A stretch of DNA of 64,000 nt. Origin: Methanobacterium sp. UBA353 (GTDB lineage: Archaea > Methanobacteriota > Methanobacteria > Methanobacteriales > Methanobacteriaceae). The notes under the pieces are model-generated. The model did no database searches. It saw only the letters and a program-made list of their open reading frames with translations, and was not told where the DNA came from. Positions 37,546 through 48,995 of the stretch are shown in pieces (positions within the stretch are counted from its first letter, which is position 1; each line of letters opens with the position of its first letter). Both the position numbers and the translations under genes were made by a program. Location of the stretch: the NCBI GenBank assembly GCA_002496805.1, contig DALO01000016.1:45615-109614 (forward strand), read 5' to 3'.

Positions 37546-37705
37546 ATTACTCATTTAACCCAACGAACCTCACACCAAACCAAGTTAATTATTGATATGA
37601 TGGTATCCCTTAAAAAAAACTTAAACAAAACTTAAATAGAAAAAAATTCAACTTATTATAAGTTTCAACTAATGTTATTGAAACACATGATTTCTGTTTT
37701 ATTAT

Positions 37706-37777
37706 GCCCTGATAGTGTAGTGGATATCACGTAGGATTGCGGATCCTATTACCCGGGTTCAAGTCCCGGTCAGGGCA
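37706..37777 (+). tRNA. tRNA-Arg (anticodon GCG)
   Basis: Hand-folded cloverleaf. Acceptor stem GCCCTGA/TCAGGGC (7 bp), D-loop with GG, anticodon stem TAGGA/TCCTA with loop TTGCGGA, T-arm CCGGG-TTCAAGT-CCCGG, discriminator A. No encoded CCA. Confidence 0.9.
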
Positions 37778-37794
37778 TGTCTTATTTTAAAAAA

Positions 37795-39441
<1,647 letters not shown>

Positions 39442-39573
39442 GTTAATGTGATTGACCCCGGTTTTATTTAAGTTTTTTAAGTAGACCAACAGAAGATTAA
39501 CTGTATAACAAACATAATATAAAAATTATGCATACCAATTCTCATTATCTTATAACCCAAAGGAGGATGTTCA

Positions 39574-41235
39574 GTGAAGAAGAAGGAGATATTAAAACTG
39601 GCAAAAAGGGATTTTGAAAAAACTTGGGTTGAAACAGGCCTGAATCTTAAAAAACCCCATCATGATGACGAATATCCTCGTCTACACCTTAAAACTGGAA
39701 AAAATCATCCATTAAATGATTCTATTGCTAAATTACGGCAAGCATACCTCATGCTCGGTTTTTCTGAAACCATCAACCCATTGTTGATAGAAGAAGATCA
39801 TATCTACCGCCAATTCGGACCAGAAGCTCCTGCAGTCTTAGATCGATGCTTCTACTTGGCAGGGTTGCCCCGCCCAGATATTGGAATTGGCATGGACAAA
39901 ATTGAGAGAATAGAAAACCTTGGTGTCCCTCTAAATGAAGATAACATCCAATCATTGAAAGAGGTGTTCCGTAGTTACAAAAAAGGGGACACCAGTGGGG
40001 ATGACTTAGTTCAAGATGTTTCCTCTGCTCTGGAAGTTGAAGATGAATCTGGACTTAGAATATTGGAAAAAGTATTCCCAGAGCTTCAAGAACTCACACC
40101 CATTCCTAGCAATACTACCTTACGTTCACACATGACTTCAGGCTGGTTTTTAACCCTTGAGGCCATGGCTAAAACCCATCCTTTGCCTGTTAAATTATTT
40201 TCAATTGACCGTTGCTTCCGTCGTGAGCAACGGGAAGATTCAAGCCACCTTATGACATATCATTCAGCTTCATGCGTCTGGATGGATGAAGAAGTATCTT
40301 TAGATCTTGGGATGGCAATTTCTGAGAGTTTACTCGAATATTTTGGGTTTAAAAAGTTTAAATTTTTACCTGATGAGAAAAAATCCAAATATTACATCCC
40401 TGGAACTCAGACTGAAGTGTATGGTTATCATCCTAAGCTAAATAACTGGGTGGAAGTGGCCACATTTGGATTATATTCCCCCATTGCTCTGGCACACTAT
40501 GGAATTGATGTGGAAGTTATGAATCTGGGAGTGGGCGCTGAGAGGATGGCCATGATCCTTGGTGGATATGAAGATATCCGTAAAATGGTTTATCCCCAAA
40601 TATATGATAAAAAAAGCCTCAATGACCGCGAATTGGCCTCTATGCTCCGTATGGATCTATATCCCGTGACTGAAGATGGGAGAAATCTGGCAGAAGCCAT
40701 TGTTAGAACTGCTCGAGAATATGGTGATACACCTTCACCATGTGAATTCACTGCTTTTGAGGGAGATTTCTTAGATAAAAAAATTGAAGTGAAAATCCTA
40801 GAAACAGAAGAAGGGACTAAACTTCTGGGACCCGCTAGCTGGAATCGTATATATGTTCATGATGGAAACATTGTGGGAGTACCCCACCCTATCACCACCA
40901 ATGATCTTCAAACACCTGAAAAAGTGATTGAAGAGATTATTAACTCCATGGAAAAAGAAATTGTTGATGATCTTGCTATTCAAGCTCTTAAGAATGGAGT
41001 TCCAACGGGTATAAGTTATCTGGAAGGAGTGGCGGCTATGGCAGCCTACCGTGTGGAAGAGATGCTGGTAAGTGGAGAAGAACAAATTAATTTAAGAACC
41101 ACCATTGCCAAATTACCTTCAGATGTAAATCTTAAACTTGACAAAGTGGCTGTGCGCCACATAACCAGTGAAAATAAGGTTATCGACATTAGAGGCCCTA
41201 TTTTCTGTTCCATTACCGTGACCCTTATGGAATAG
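39574..41235 (+). CDS. sepS: O-phosphoserine--tRNA(Cys) ligase (SepRS)
   Basis: 553 aa from GTG. It is a class II PheRS-alpha-like core, with N-terminal EKTWVETG...HPLNDSIAKLRQAYLMLGF and RSHMTSGWF segments matching SepRS as I remember it. Confidence 0.85.
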   Translation: MKKKEILKLAKRDFEKTWVETGLNLKKPHHDDEYPRLHLKTGKNHPLNDSIAKLRQAYLMLGFSETINPLLIEEDHIYRQFGPEAPAVLDRCFYLAGLPRPDIGIGMDKIERIENLGVPLNEDNIQSLKEVFRSYKKGDTSGDDLVQDVSSALEVEDESGLRILEKVFPELQELTPIPSNTTLRSHMTSGWFLTLEAMAKTHPLPVKLFSIDRCFRREQREDSSHLMTYHSASCVWMDEEVSLDLGMAISESLLEYFGFKKFKFLPDEKKSKYYIPGTQTEVYGYHPKLNNWVEVATFGLYSPIALAHYGIDVEVMNLGVGAERMAMILGGYEDIRKMVYPQIYDKKSLNDRELASMLRMDLYPVTEDGRNLAEAIVRTAREYGDTPSPCEFTAFEGDFLDKKIEVKILETEEGTKLLGPASWNRIYVHDGNIVGVPHPITTNDLQTPEKVIEEIINSMEKEIVDDLAIQALKNGVPTGISYLEGVAAMAAYRVEEMLVSGEEQINLRTTIAKLPSDVNLKLDKVAVRHITSENKVIDIRGPIFCSITVTLME

Positions 41236-41928
41236 CAGGCCGATTATAGATTAAATTAAAAAACAAGCCAAAATGTGTTCTGATATAAATCAGCTTTTAA
41301 TTAACATCCAATACTCTTTGACTGCTTTATATGTGAAAAAAATTGTTTTTCCAGTTAAAATAAAGTTGAAGGGATGGAAATTTATTTTCAGTTGATAATG
41401 AAACATTTGTAACAACAATGCTGCCGGAAATAGATAATTTAAGACTTATCGAAGAAAAAAAACTATTAACATGAAGTTATGTTTCCATTACATGTTGGTT
41501 TATTGGTTTAAGAAACAGTGCTGCTATGATCACGTTTTTGAATTTAGTTTGAATAGGATTATGATGTTTAAATGGTTAATTGATATGGAATTATGTATTT
41601 TGGATGTTTAGACTGAGTTCCCATGTGGAACTGTTATTAGATGTTACTACCTTGGATGTGGCAAAAAGGTTAACTGGTGGAAGGTATATAAAGGAAGCCA
41701 CCCAAAGAGACCACGCCTATTAATGAAGTTCAAGTTATACTACATAATAACCGTGTGGTAGGGGGCCTTTTTTAGAGGCAATACGTGTAGAACATAAAAT
41801 GTCTCTAAAAAGTGTATTAGGCGTTACAATGAGAAATATCATTTATAAAACACCAAACCTTTAAGGCAATCCCATTATACTGGCAATTGATACTTTCAAA
41901 GAACAATTAATAAATTGAAGGAATTAAA

Positions 41929-42303
41929 ATGGAAGTTGAAGGAAAAGTAATCTCTGGAACCCGTCAAGGCAGTTATTTCATGTCATTGGATCTTTATCAG
42001 GAAGAATTCTTGAATAAACTTGGATTTAAACCATTTCCTGGGACTCTTAACATTGAAATATCTGTAGATGATGCAGAGTCCATACTTGATATTAGTGATA
42101 AAATGGGAATCATTAAGGGAAAAGGTAATTTTGGAGATGTGAAATTCTTACCAGCCCAGCTTAATGGAAAAATTCGTGGAGCTATCTTGTTTCCACTGAA
42201 AACTCATCATTCTGATGAAATATTAGAGTTTGTATCGGATGAAAATCTCAGAAAAACGCTTCATCTTAAAGATGGGGATGGAACCACCCTCCAAATTGAT
42301 TAA
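41929..42303 (+). CDS. ribK: CTP-dependent riboflavin kinase (archaeal type)
   Basis: 124 aa. GKVISGTRQGSYFMS and FPGTLNI motifs are typical of archaeal RibK. Confidence 0.85.
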   Translation: MEVEGKVISGTRQGSYFMSLDLYQEEFLNKLGFKPFPGTLNIEISVDDAESILDISDKMGIIKGKGNFGDVKFLPAQLNGKIRGAILFPLKTHHSDEILEFVSDENLRKTLHLKDGDGTTLQID

Positions 42304-42357
42304 ATGATGGAAGAAAAGTAACTATATTGCTTATAAGAAAATTTAATTTGTGATTAT

Positions 42358-43035
42358 ATGATAAATAAAGCAGTGCAAGCATTTAAGAAAGGAGAAATAG
42401 TTTTAATCTTTGATGATGATAACCGAGAACGGGAAACCGACATGATTGTGGCAGCAGAGTTCATGACCCCTCAATATATGACCACCATTAGAAATGATGC
42501 TGGTGGCTTGGTTTGCGTGCCTATATCTTCAGAAATATCACATAAACTTGGAATCCCATTCATGACCGATGTGATGGAAGCAGCGAGTGAAAAATATCCG
42601 GTATTAGCAAGTTTATCCCCTACAGATATTCCTTATGACGAAAAATCGGCTTTTTCCATTACTGTAAACCACAGGAAGACATTCACAGGAATCACTGATA
42701 ATGACCGTGCTTGCACCATTAAAGAATTAGGATTGTTATGTAAAAATGGTAACTTCACAGATTTCGGCAAAAATTTCAGGTCCCCCGGACATGTAACTCT
42801 TCTTAGAGCATCTGAAGGCCATGTATTGAATCGGAAAGGCCATACTGAGATGAGTGTTGCTTTGGCTGAGATGGCTGGTTTAATTGAAGTTGCAGTTTGC
42901 TGTGAAATGATGGATGATGTTACTGGTAATTCAATGAACACTGCTGATGTGGCAGAGTATGCCCAAAAAAATGATTTAATATTTTTAAGCGGTGCAGAAT
43001 TAATTGAAGGTTACCATGAGTTTAAAGACATGTGA
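42358..43035 (+). CDS. ribB: 3,4-dihydroxy-2-butanone-4-phosphate synthase
   Basis: 225 aa. [16 protein letters not shown] and [12 protein letters not shown] motifs are typical of DHBP synthase. Confidence 0.88.
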   Translation: MINKAVQAFKKGEIVLIFDDDNRERETDMIVAAEFMTPQYMTTIRNDAGGLVCVPISSEISHKLGIPFMTDVMEAASEKYPVLASLSPTDIPYDEKSAFSITVNHRKTFTGITDNDRACTIKELGLLCKNGNFTDFGKNFRSPGHVTLLRASEGHVLNRKGHTEMSVALAEMAGLIEVAVCCEMMDDVTGNSMNTADVAEYAQKNDLIFLSGAELIEGYHEFKDM

Positions 43036-43088
43036 AAAAATCTTTAAATATTTTTTTAAACATTTTTACTGTTATTTTTCAATTATTT

Positions 43089-44585
43089 CTAAATAAAATC
43101 CTTTTTTATTTCTTTATAAGAAGAATAACCAATAAATTTAGGAGTTTCAGCCATTCTTATAATTTTTTCAACATCCAAATACTTTTCTACTGTCTCGATA
43201 GCTTTACAACAGAAATCTTCCAGTTTTATCTCCACTTCTGGAGTTCCGCCCCGGGCAGTTAACTGGACTTTTGGAACTTTCCCCACCCATTCAAGTTGTG
43301 TGGTATTTTTAAGATAATTTAATGCTGTTTCAGCTATTGTTTCATTGTAAACTTTGTTTAATATTAAACCTGCAGTTTTTATACCAATTTTCTGCAGCAT
43401 ATCAGTGTGGGAAGCCAGATCTATTGCTGCAGTTTCAATACCTCCCTTATTACATCCAGTAACAAGTAAAACTGGGATTTTTCCTGCTTTAGCAATCTCA
43501 GCAGTAGAAAATGGAGTTTTTTCATTTAAAATACCAGTAAAAATACTCATAACGCCTTCTACTAGGATTAAATCATAGTTTTGTCCATTGACATCGGCGA
43601 TAATTTCTTCCAAATTTTTCCAGCCCAGCCCTCCAATTTGAATGGATGAATATTCCTCCATTTTCTCTTTATTAAGGTACAATGACGGCGCCAGGTCCCT
43701 TATATCCGGTCCAATCTTCAGAACACCCACTTTATAGCCTTTTTTACGCAAGACCCCTACAATTCCCGTAGTGATAAAAGTTTTTCCAGAATCTGAGCCT
43801 GTTCCTGCAATCATGAGCCATGGTGGTGTTTTCGGTTTATCTGCTGGTAAACGGTAATCAGAGTAAATCTCACATCCAATTCCCACTTCTCCTTTCATTT
43901 TATTAACGAGTACCTCATTAGCTTCATAAATTTCTAAAAAATCCTTATGGTTAGCATCAATAAATTTTAAGATATTGTCAACTAAAGATGGATTTTCATC
44001 CAGAGAAGCATGCAACATGGTGCCTATCACGTTGCCTTCATCATTACGAACCCCTGACAAAATCATTCTTGGATTCTCAGCGTAATTTGTCCTTTTAACT
44101 TTTGAAAAAAAGATTGGCGGTGCATTCCCCCTGATGTCTCCGTAAGTATGACAGTGAAAACCGGTGACAGTCTGACCTACCATTCCCTTAGTGAGGAAAG
44201 ATTCATCTACTACTTCTGATTCTACCCGATCTGTTCCGATTAATGGATGAAATGTGACGTTTAAAATTCCTAATCCCTCTTTTTCAATTGGAAAAGGAGA
44301 TTTTCTGCCGATATCTGTTTTATTGGCCAATACTTGGAATCCAGAGCACATTCCTAGGATGAATTTACCTTGACTATTCATTTTTTTAATGACAGTTTCA
44401 ACTTCCCGGCTGATGCTTTGAGATTCAACGATGCTTCCACCTGGAAGTATTAGACCATCTAAGACTTCATAAGCCTTTTGTCCATTGATCATGCCATTTT
44501 CCTTTAACAGATGGGTGGGAAGTTTACCGAAGTTCTCAAAGGCAGGTAAAGATCCTTTAACATATAGGAGACCGATATTTTTCAT
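43089..44585 (-). CDS. Fusion of an N-terminal CobQ/CobB-type glutamine amidotransferase domain and a C-terminal CbiA/DTBS-type P-loop domain (order reversed relative to CbiA/CobQ)
   Basis: 498 aa. The N-terminal half has LILPGG, GMCSGFQVL (Cys80) and GTMLHAS (His192). The C-terminal half has IAGTGSDSGKT (residues ~259-269), KIGPDIRD, LVEGVMS, STAEIAK..IPVLLV and GLILNKV. Confidence 0.75.
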   Translation of the reverse strand: MKNIGLLYVKGSLPAFENFGKLPTHLLKENGMINGQKAYEVLDGLILPGGSIVESQSISREVETVIKKMNSQGKFILGMCSGFQVLANKTDIGRKSPFPIEKEGLGILNVTFHPLIGTDRVESEVVDESFLTKGMVGQTVTGFHCHTYGDIRGNAPPIFFSKVKRTNYAENPRMILSGVRNDEGNVIGTMLHASLDENPSLVDNILKFIDANHKDFLEIYEANEVLVNKMKGEVGIGCEIYSDYRLPADKPKTPPWLMIAGTGSDSGKTFITTGIVGVLRKKGYKVGVLKIGPDIRDLAPSLYLNKEKMEEYSSIQIGGLGWKNLEEIIADVNGQNYDLILVEGVMSIFTGILNEKTPFSTAEIAKAGKIPVLLVTGCNKGGIETAAIDLASHTDMLQKIGIKTAGLILNKVYNETIAETALNYLKNTTQLEWVGKVPKVQLTARGGTPEVEIKLEDFCCKAIETVEKYLDVEKIIRMAETPKFIGYSSYKEIKKDFI

Positions 44586-44650
44586 GGAATCCTCATATTT
44601 TTATATTTTACAACACTAACCGTGCAGATTTATAAAAAAATTAAATTAGG

Positions 44651-46027
44651 CTAATTTAACCCTTCATATGCAGCCATTACTTGGATGATCTTTTCATCTT
44701 CCAGTGGTTTAGCTTGAAATTGCATTCCCACAGGTATTCCATTTACATTACCTGCAGGGGTGCTGGCAGCAGGTATCCCTGCCAAATTAGCCATAACTGT
44801 AAGGGTATCGTAGGCGTATATTTCCATTGGTTCCAGTTCCATGCCTACCTTATGAGGCAGTTTAGGAACTGTCGGACCTACAATCACGTCCACATCTTTT
44901 AAAATCCCAGTGATTTCTTTTTTGATGAGTGATCTAGCTTGTAATGCCTTTTTGTAGTATTTTCCACTGTATTCTTTCTGGCTGATGTAGGATCCCATAT
45001 GTATTCTGCGCAGTACTTCATCCCCACATACTTCTTCAATGCGTTCACCGTATTTTCGGCCATCATATTTTCTGGTGGCTGAGAAGAATTCAACAAAGTT
45101 AATTAGATAAAAAGTTGGCAGACATAATTCCAGATAATCGAAGTTTAATTCCACCACTTTAGCACCTGCCTCTTGCATTTGGTTGATGCGATCTTCAATA
45201 ATATTGACGATCGACTGATCTGAGACATCAAAGAATTCCTTCACTACCCCCAAACGCATACCTTTAAGAGTATCTTGAGGATCATTGCTGGTGGCTGTAA
45301 AATCAGGCACCTTCCAGTCAATAGTGGTGCACTCCCGCCTATCCTTTCCAGCAATGACATCCATTATTAAAGCTATTCCAGTAGTATCCGCTGCGAATGG
45401 ACCGATCTGGTCGAAGCTCATAGCCAGATCAAGAAGACCCTGCCTGCTTACTGCACCATAGGTAGGTTTGAATCCCATCACACCACAATGGGATGCAGGG
45501 TTCCTGATGGATCCTCCTGTATCAGAACCCAAAGCAAGATCACACATTTTGGAGGCAACTGCTGCAGCACTTCCCCCACTAGATCCGCCCGGTATTCGTC
45601 CAGGTTCTCTGGGGTTGATTGTAGGACCATGGAATGATGTTTCAGTGGAATTTCCTGCAGCAAATTCATCCATGTTGGTCATTCCCAAAATAATACCATC
45701 TTCAGCCTTTATACGCCGGATTACTGTGGCATCAAAAGTTCCAATGTAATTTTCCAGTGTCTTAGAGGCGGCAGTAACATGGAAATCCTCCACATTAATG
45801 TTACTTTTAATTCCTATGACTAAACCAGCAAGTTTCCCAACTTTTTCACCATTGTTTATCTTATTATCAATTTTTTTAGCTGTTTGCAGAGCTTCATCAG
45901 TTTTTAAATCTATAAATGCATTTATTTTTGGATTATGTTTATTGATTCTATCAATGAATTTTTCCAAGTTATCTGATGCCTTTTCCTCGCGGTTCCTGAT
46001 TGATTGTGATTTTTCTAAAATATTCAT
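44651..46027 (-). CDS. gatA: Glu/Asp-tRNA amidotransferase subunit A
   Basis: 458 aa with the amidase signature GGSSGGSAAAVAS and a GatA-like N-terminus. Confidence 0.88.
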   Translation of the reverse strand: MNILEKSQSIRNREEKASDNLEKFIDRINKHNPKINAFIDLKTDEALQTAKKIDNKINNGEKVGKLAGLVIGIKSNINVEDFHVTAASKTLENYIGTFDATVIRRIKAEDGIILGMTNMDEFAAGNSTETSFHGPTINPREPGRIPGGSSGGSAAAVASKMCDLALGSDTGGSIRNPASHCGVMGFKPTYGAVSRQGLLDLAMSFDQIGPFAADTTGIALIMDVIAGKDRRECTTIDWKVPDFTATSNDPQDTLKGMRLGVVKEFFDVSDQSIVNIIEDRINQMQEAGAKVVELNFDYLELCLPTFYLINFVEFFSATRKYDGRKYGERIEEVCGDEVLRRIHMGSYISQKEYSGKYYKKALQARSLIKKEITGILKDVDVIVGPTVPKLPHKVGMELEPMEIYAYDTLTVMANLAGIPAASTPAGNVNGIPVGMQFQAKPLEDEKIIQVMAAYEGLN

Positions 46028-46169
46028 GTTCCCACCTGTTACGTGAGTAGTGACTTGCCTTTATTTCTACCATTCTTTGATTTAGAAAATTAATCTTATT
46101 ATAGTTACCATTGGTGCACATGAACATCCATGAAAAAGAAACATTATATTTTCATATTATTCTAATTTT

Positions 46170-46940
46170 TCAGAAAATAAATAGATTTCCAGGATCAATG
46201 CCCCCCAACAAGTACAGGAGTATAATTAATATTGGCTGGTGAATTAAATAAATAAAAAGAGAATGTTTACCAATGTAGGTGAATATCTTGATTAAAATAT
46301 TTTTCGAAAGATCGGGAAGATAATATCTTCGTTTATAATCTTTGTAAAGGGTTTTACCTGTAAATAGCCCCAATGAAACCACACCCAACCAGGGAAATAA
46401 CGGGAAATAATCTACGGTGATAAATCCAGCGGGTTTCAAACCTAACCATAATAGCCAAGGATAGTTTACCGTGAATTGTGCAAAAATGAATCCCAAAATT
46501 ATGAAAACAATTCCAAGAAATAAATTCAGGTACTTTTTATTTAACAATGGATACTCCAAGATAATTGCTATTCCAATAAAATGCAGAATACCAAAGATTA
46601 TGAAATCATGGGGTATGAATAACCATGTGACCAGAGTTATTAAAATACCAAGGGAAAATATTTTCACTCCTCTTTTAAAGTACTTTAAAAAAAAAATTGT
46701 TTTCCCCTTATTTTTAACCAGTATTTTGGCGCGAAAGTGACTTAAAGTAAGCGAAACACCCACCACGAAAATAAAAATAATGGCAGTCATCCTAGCAAGG
46801 ATAAAAAGAATTCCTGATGAAACATCCAATTGACATATCCCAAAATAGGTTAAATCAAAGAATAAATGGTAAATTACCATCATCAATATAGCTAACCCTC
46901 TTAAAACATCTATCTCCCAGAACCGCTCATAAATATCCAT
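46170..46940 (-). CDS. DUF1624-type (heparan-alpha-glucosaminide N-acetyltransferase-like) membrane protein
   Basis: 256 aa polytopic protein. The N-terminal RFWEIDVLRGLAILMMVIYH motif is typical of the family. Confidence 0.7.
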   Translation of the reverse strand: MDIYERFWEIDVLRGLAILMMVIYHLFFDLTYFGICQLDVSSGILFILARMTAIIFIFVVGVSLTLSHFRAKILVKNKGKTIFFLKYFKRGVKIFSLGILITLVTWLFIPHDFIIFGILHFIGIAIILEYPLLNKKYLNLFLGIVFIILGFIFAQFTVNYPWLLWLGLKPAGFITVDYFPLFPWLGVVSLGLFTGKTLYKDYKRRYYLPDLSKNILIKIFTYIGKHSLFIYLIHQPILIILLYLLGGIDPGNLFIF

Positions 46941-47178
46941 ATAAATCCTTATAATTGTGAATTAACCATGTATTGGATTGTTATTGAATTAACTCTTGAA
47001 TATATCTATTAAATTTCACCCGATTTATGCAATCTATTATACCTAATTTATTTCTTAAAAAGTACTCTTATTTCATATAGAAGTTAAAGTTAAATGTTGA
47101 GGGCATTATAACAATCATCGCGAAAATCATAGTTTAAAAAAAATGTAATCCAATTTTAAAAAAATCTTAGGTAAAAAC

Positions 47179-48162
47179 ATGCCAGGAACTCTTCTCTTAA
47201 AACAAAGTGATATTAAAAATCTCATCAAAATGGAAAAAGTCATAAACGCAGTTGAAATAGCATTTAAAGCCTTTTCACTACGTGATGTTCAGATACCACC
47301 AAAAGAGTACTTGTTTTTTAATGATGGAGATTTGAGAATCATGCCCTGTTATGTCCAGAGCAGAGAAGAAGCTGGAGTTAAATCTGTGAGCGTACATCCA
47401 CAAAACCCCCTAAAACAAAAATTACCGACAGTTATGGCCATTATAGAAATGATAGATCCTCAAACCGGTTTTCCTCTCGCAGTTATGGATGGAACCCTTA
47501 TAACTGACATAAGAACTGGTGCAGCTGCTGGAGTAGCCACCAAATACCTTGCAAAACCAGATTCAAAGGTTTTAGGAATAATTGGTGCTGGTAAACAAGC
47601 TTGCACACAATTAACGGCCCTTAATGAAGTTATGAACATCCAAGAAGTAAGGATATTTTGCAGGGCTTCCAGTACACGGACTAAATTCGCGAAAATAGCC
47701 TCAGAAACTTATAATTTTGATATGAAAGCAGTTAATACTCCTGAAATTGCAGTTAAAAATGCAGACGTTGTTGTAACTACCACCCCGTCCCGAAAACCAT
47801 TAATTAACGCAGAATGGATCAGCCCCGGAACCCACATAAATGCCATGGGAGCAGATGCCCCAGGTAAACAAGAATTAGAACCTAAATTACTCCTCAAATC
47901 AAAGATAATCATAGATTCTTGGGTTCAAGCCAGACACAGCGGTGAAATCAATGTACCATTGGCCCAAAAAATCTTAAAACAAAAAGATATTCACGCTAAA
48001 CTGGGAGATGTTATAGTTGGAAAGGTAGCAGGAAGAGAAGGTGATGAAATCACCATCTTTGATTCTACTGGCTTGGCTGTTCAAGATATAGTAACTGCTG
48101 GAATGATATACAAACAAGCTCGAAAAAAGGGTTTAGGGACCGAATTTAATTTTATGCAATGA
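47179..48162 (+). CDS. Ornithine cyclodeaminase/mu-crystallin family protein (archaeal alanine dehydrogenase type)
   Basis: 327 aa. It has the Rossmann motif GIIGAGKQA and the overall OCD/mu-crystallin pattern. Confidence 0.75.
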   Translation: MPGTLLLKQSDIKNLIKMEKVINAVEIAFKAFSLRDVQIPPKEYLFFNDGDLRIMPCYVQSREEAGVKSVSVHPQNPLKQKLPTVMAIIEMIDPQTGFPLAVMDGTLITDIRTGAAAGVATKYLAKPDSKVLGIIGAGKQACTQLTALNEVMNIQEVRIFCRASSTRTKFAKIASETYNFDMKAVNTPEIAVKNADVVVTTTPSRKPLINAEWISPGTHINAMGADAPGKQELEPKLLLKSKIIIDSWVQARHSGEINVPLAQKILKQKDIHAKLGDVIVGKVAGREGDEITIFDSTGLAVQDIVTAGMIYKQARKKGLGTEFNFMQ

Positions 48163-48285
48163 CTTAAATGAATTTTGGAGCCAAAAATCCAAATAACCCT
48201 ATAAAGGAATTTCGAATGTTGAAAAAGAAAAATACAACATTCGTAACATAGAATAGAAATTGATTAATGGAGTTTTATGATCTAG

Positions 48286-48918
48286 ATGTGGATAGAAATT
48301 ACATTATTTACTGTGGCATCATTTTGGGTTGGTTTATCTGGTGCAATGGTTCCAGGCCCAATGCTCAGTGTTACCATCTCCGATTCCATGAAAAAAGGAT
48401 CAAAAGCTGGACCCTTGGTTGTATTCGGACACTATATTGCTGAAATAACCATAATGATACTTTTGGTACTTGGACTCGGCTGGTTGATTAAATCTGAAAT
48501 TGCCACTATGATAATCGGAGGCGTGGGTGGTTTGATGCTTATTTACATCGGTTATTCCATATCTAAATCCCCAGTGCCAGAAGAAATTCCAGCAGAAAAG
48601 AATCCCGCCGAAACTCGGGGATCCATTCTTAGTGGAATTGTAAGCAGTGCATCCAATCCCTATTTCTATTTATGGTGGGCCACTGTTGGCTGGGCTTTCA
48701 TGCTTAAAGGAATCAAATTAGCAGGAATTATTGGAGTTTTAAGTTTCTTAATAGGTCATTGGGGAGCAGATCTCACATGGTACAGCTTAGTATCTTTTTT
48801 TACAAGTAAAGGAAGGCATATGTTATCAAAAAAACGTTACAGAATAATAATGAACATGTGTGGAATCTTCCTGGGATTATTAGGACTTTATTTCATCTAT
48901 TCGACTATATTAAAATAG
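48286..48918 (+). CDS. LysE/RhtB-family amino-acid exporter
   Basis: 210 aa with about 6 TM spans. GPMLSVTI near the N-terminus and NPYFYLWW are typical of LysE-type translocators. Confidence 0.75.
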   Translation: MWIEITLFTVASFWVGLSGAMVPGPMLSVTISDSMKKGSKAGPLVVFGHYIAEITIMILLVLGLGWLIKSEIATMIIGGVGGLMLIYIGYSISKSPVPEEIPAEKNPAETRGSILSGIVSSASNPYFYLWWATVGWAFMLKGIKLAGIIGVLSFLIGHWGADLTWYSLVSFFTSKGRHMLSKKRYRIIMNMCGIFLGLLGLYFIYSTILK

Positions 48919-48995
48919 TTATGGATAAAAAAAACTTTTTTCACCACAATTTTTGGAAGGTTTATTATTTAAGTTATTATATACAATTAAAACAT

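Noticed and set aside
41600-41765. Reading frame TEFPCGTVIRCYYLGCGKKVNWWKVYKGSHPKRPRLLMKFKLYYIITVW*, reminiscent of a small basic zinc-binding protein
   Set aside because: There is no in-frame start codon after the preceding stop, and the Cys spacing is not a CxxC zinc ribbon. I treat it as chance or at most a dead fragment.
41236-41928. Bacterial-type FMN riboswitch upstream of ribK/ribB
   Set aside because: I looked for the conserved FMN-element core segments and did not find them. Only a generic hairpin is present, and it is reported separately as a low-confidence observation.
48858-48995. N-terminal 46 codons of the track ORF 48858..49784
   Set aside because: They overlap the 3' end of the LysE gene in another frame and are not part of the HAD fold. 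The internal ATG 48996 yields the canonical motif-I N-terminus.
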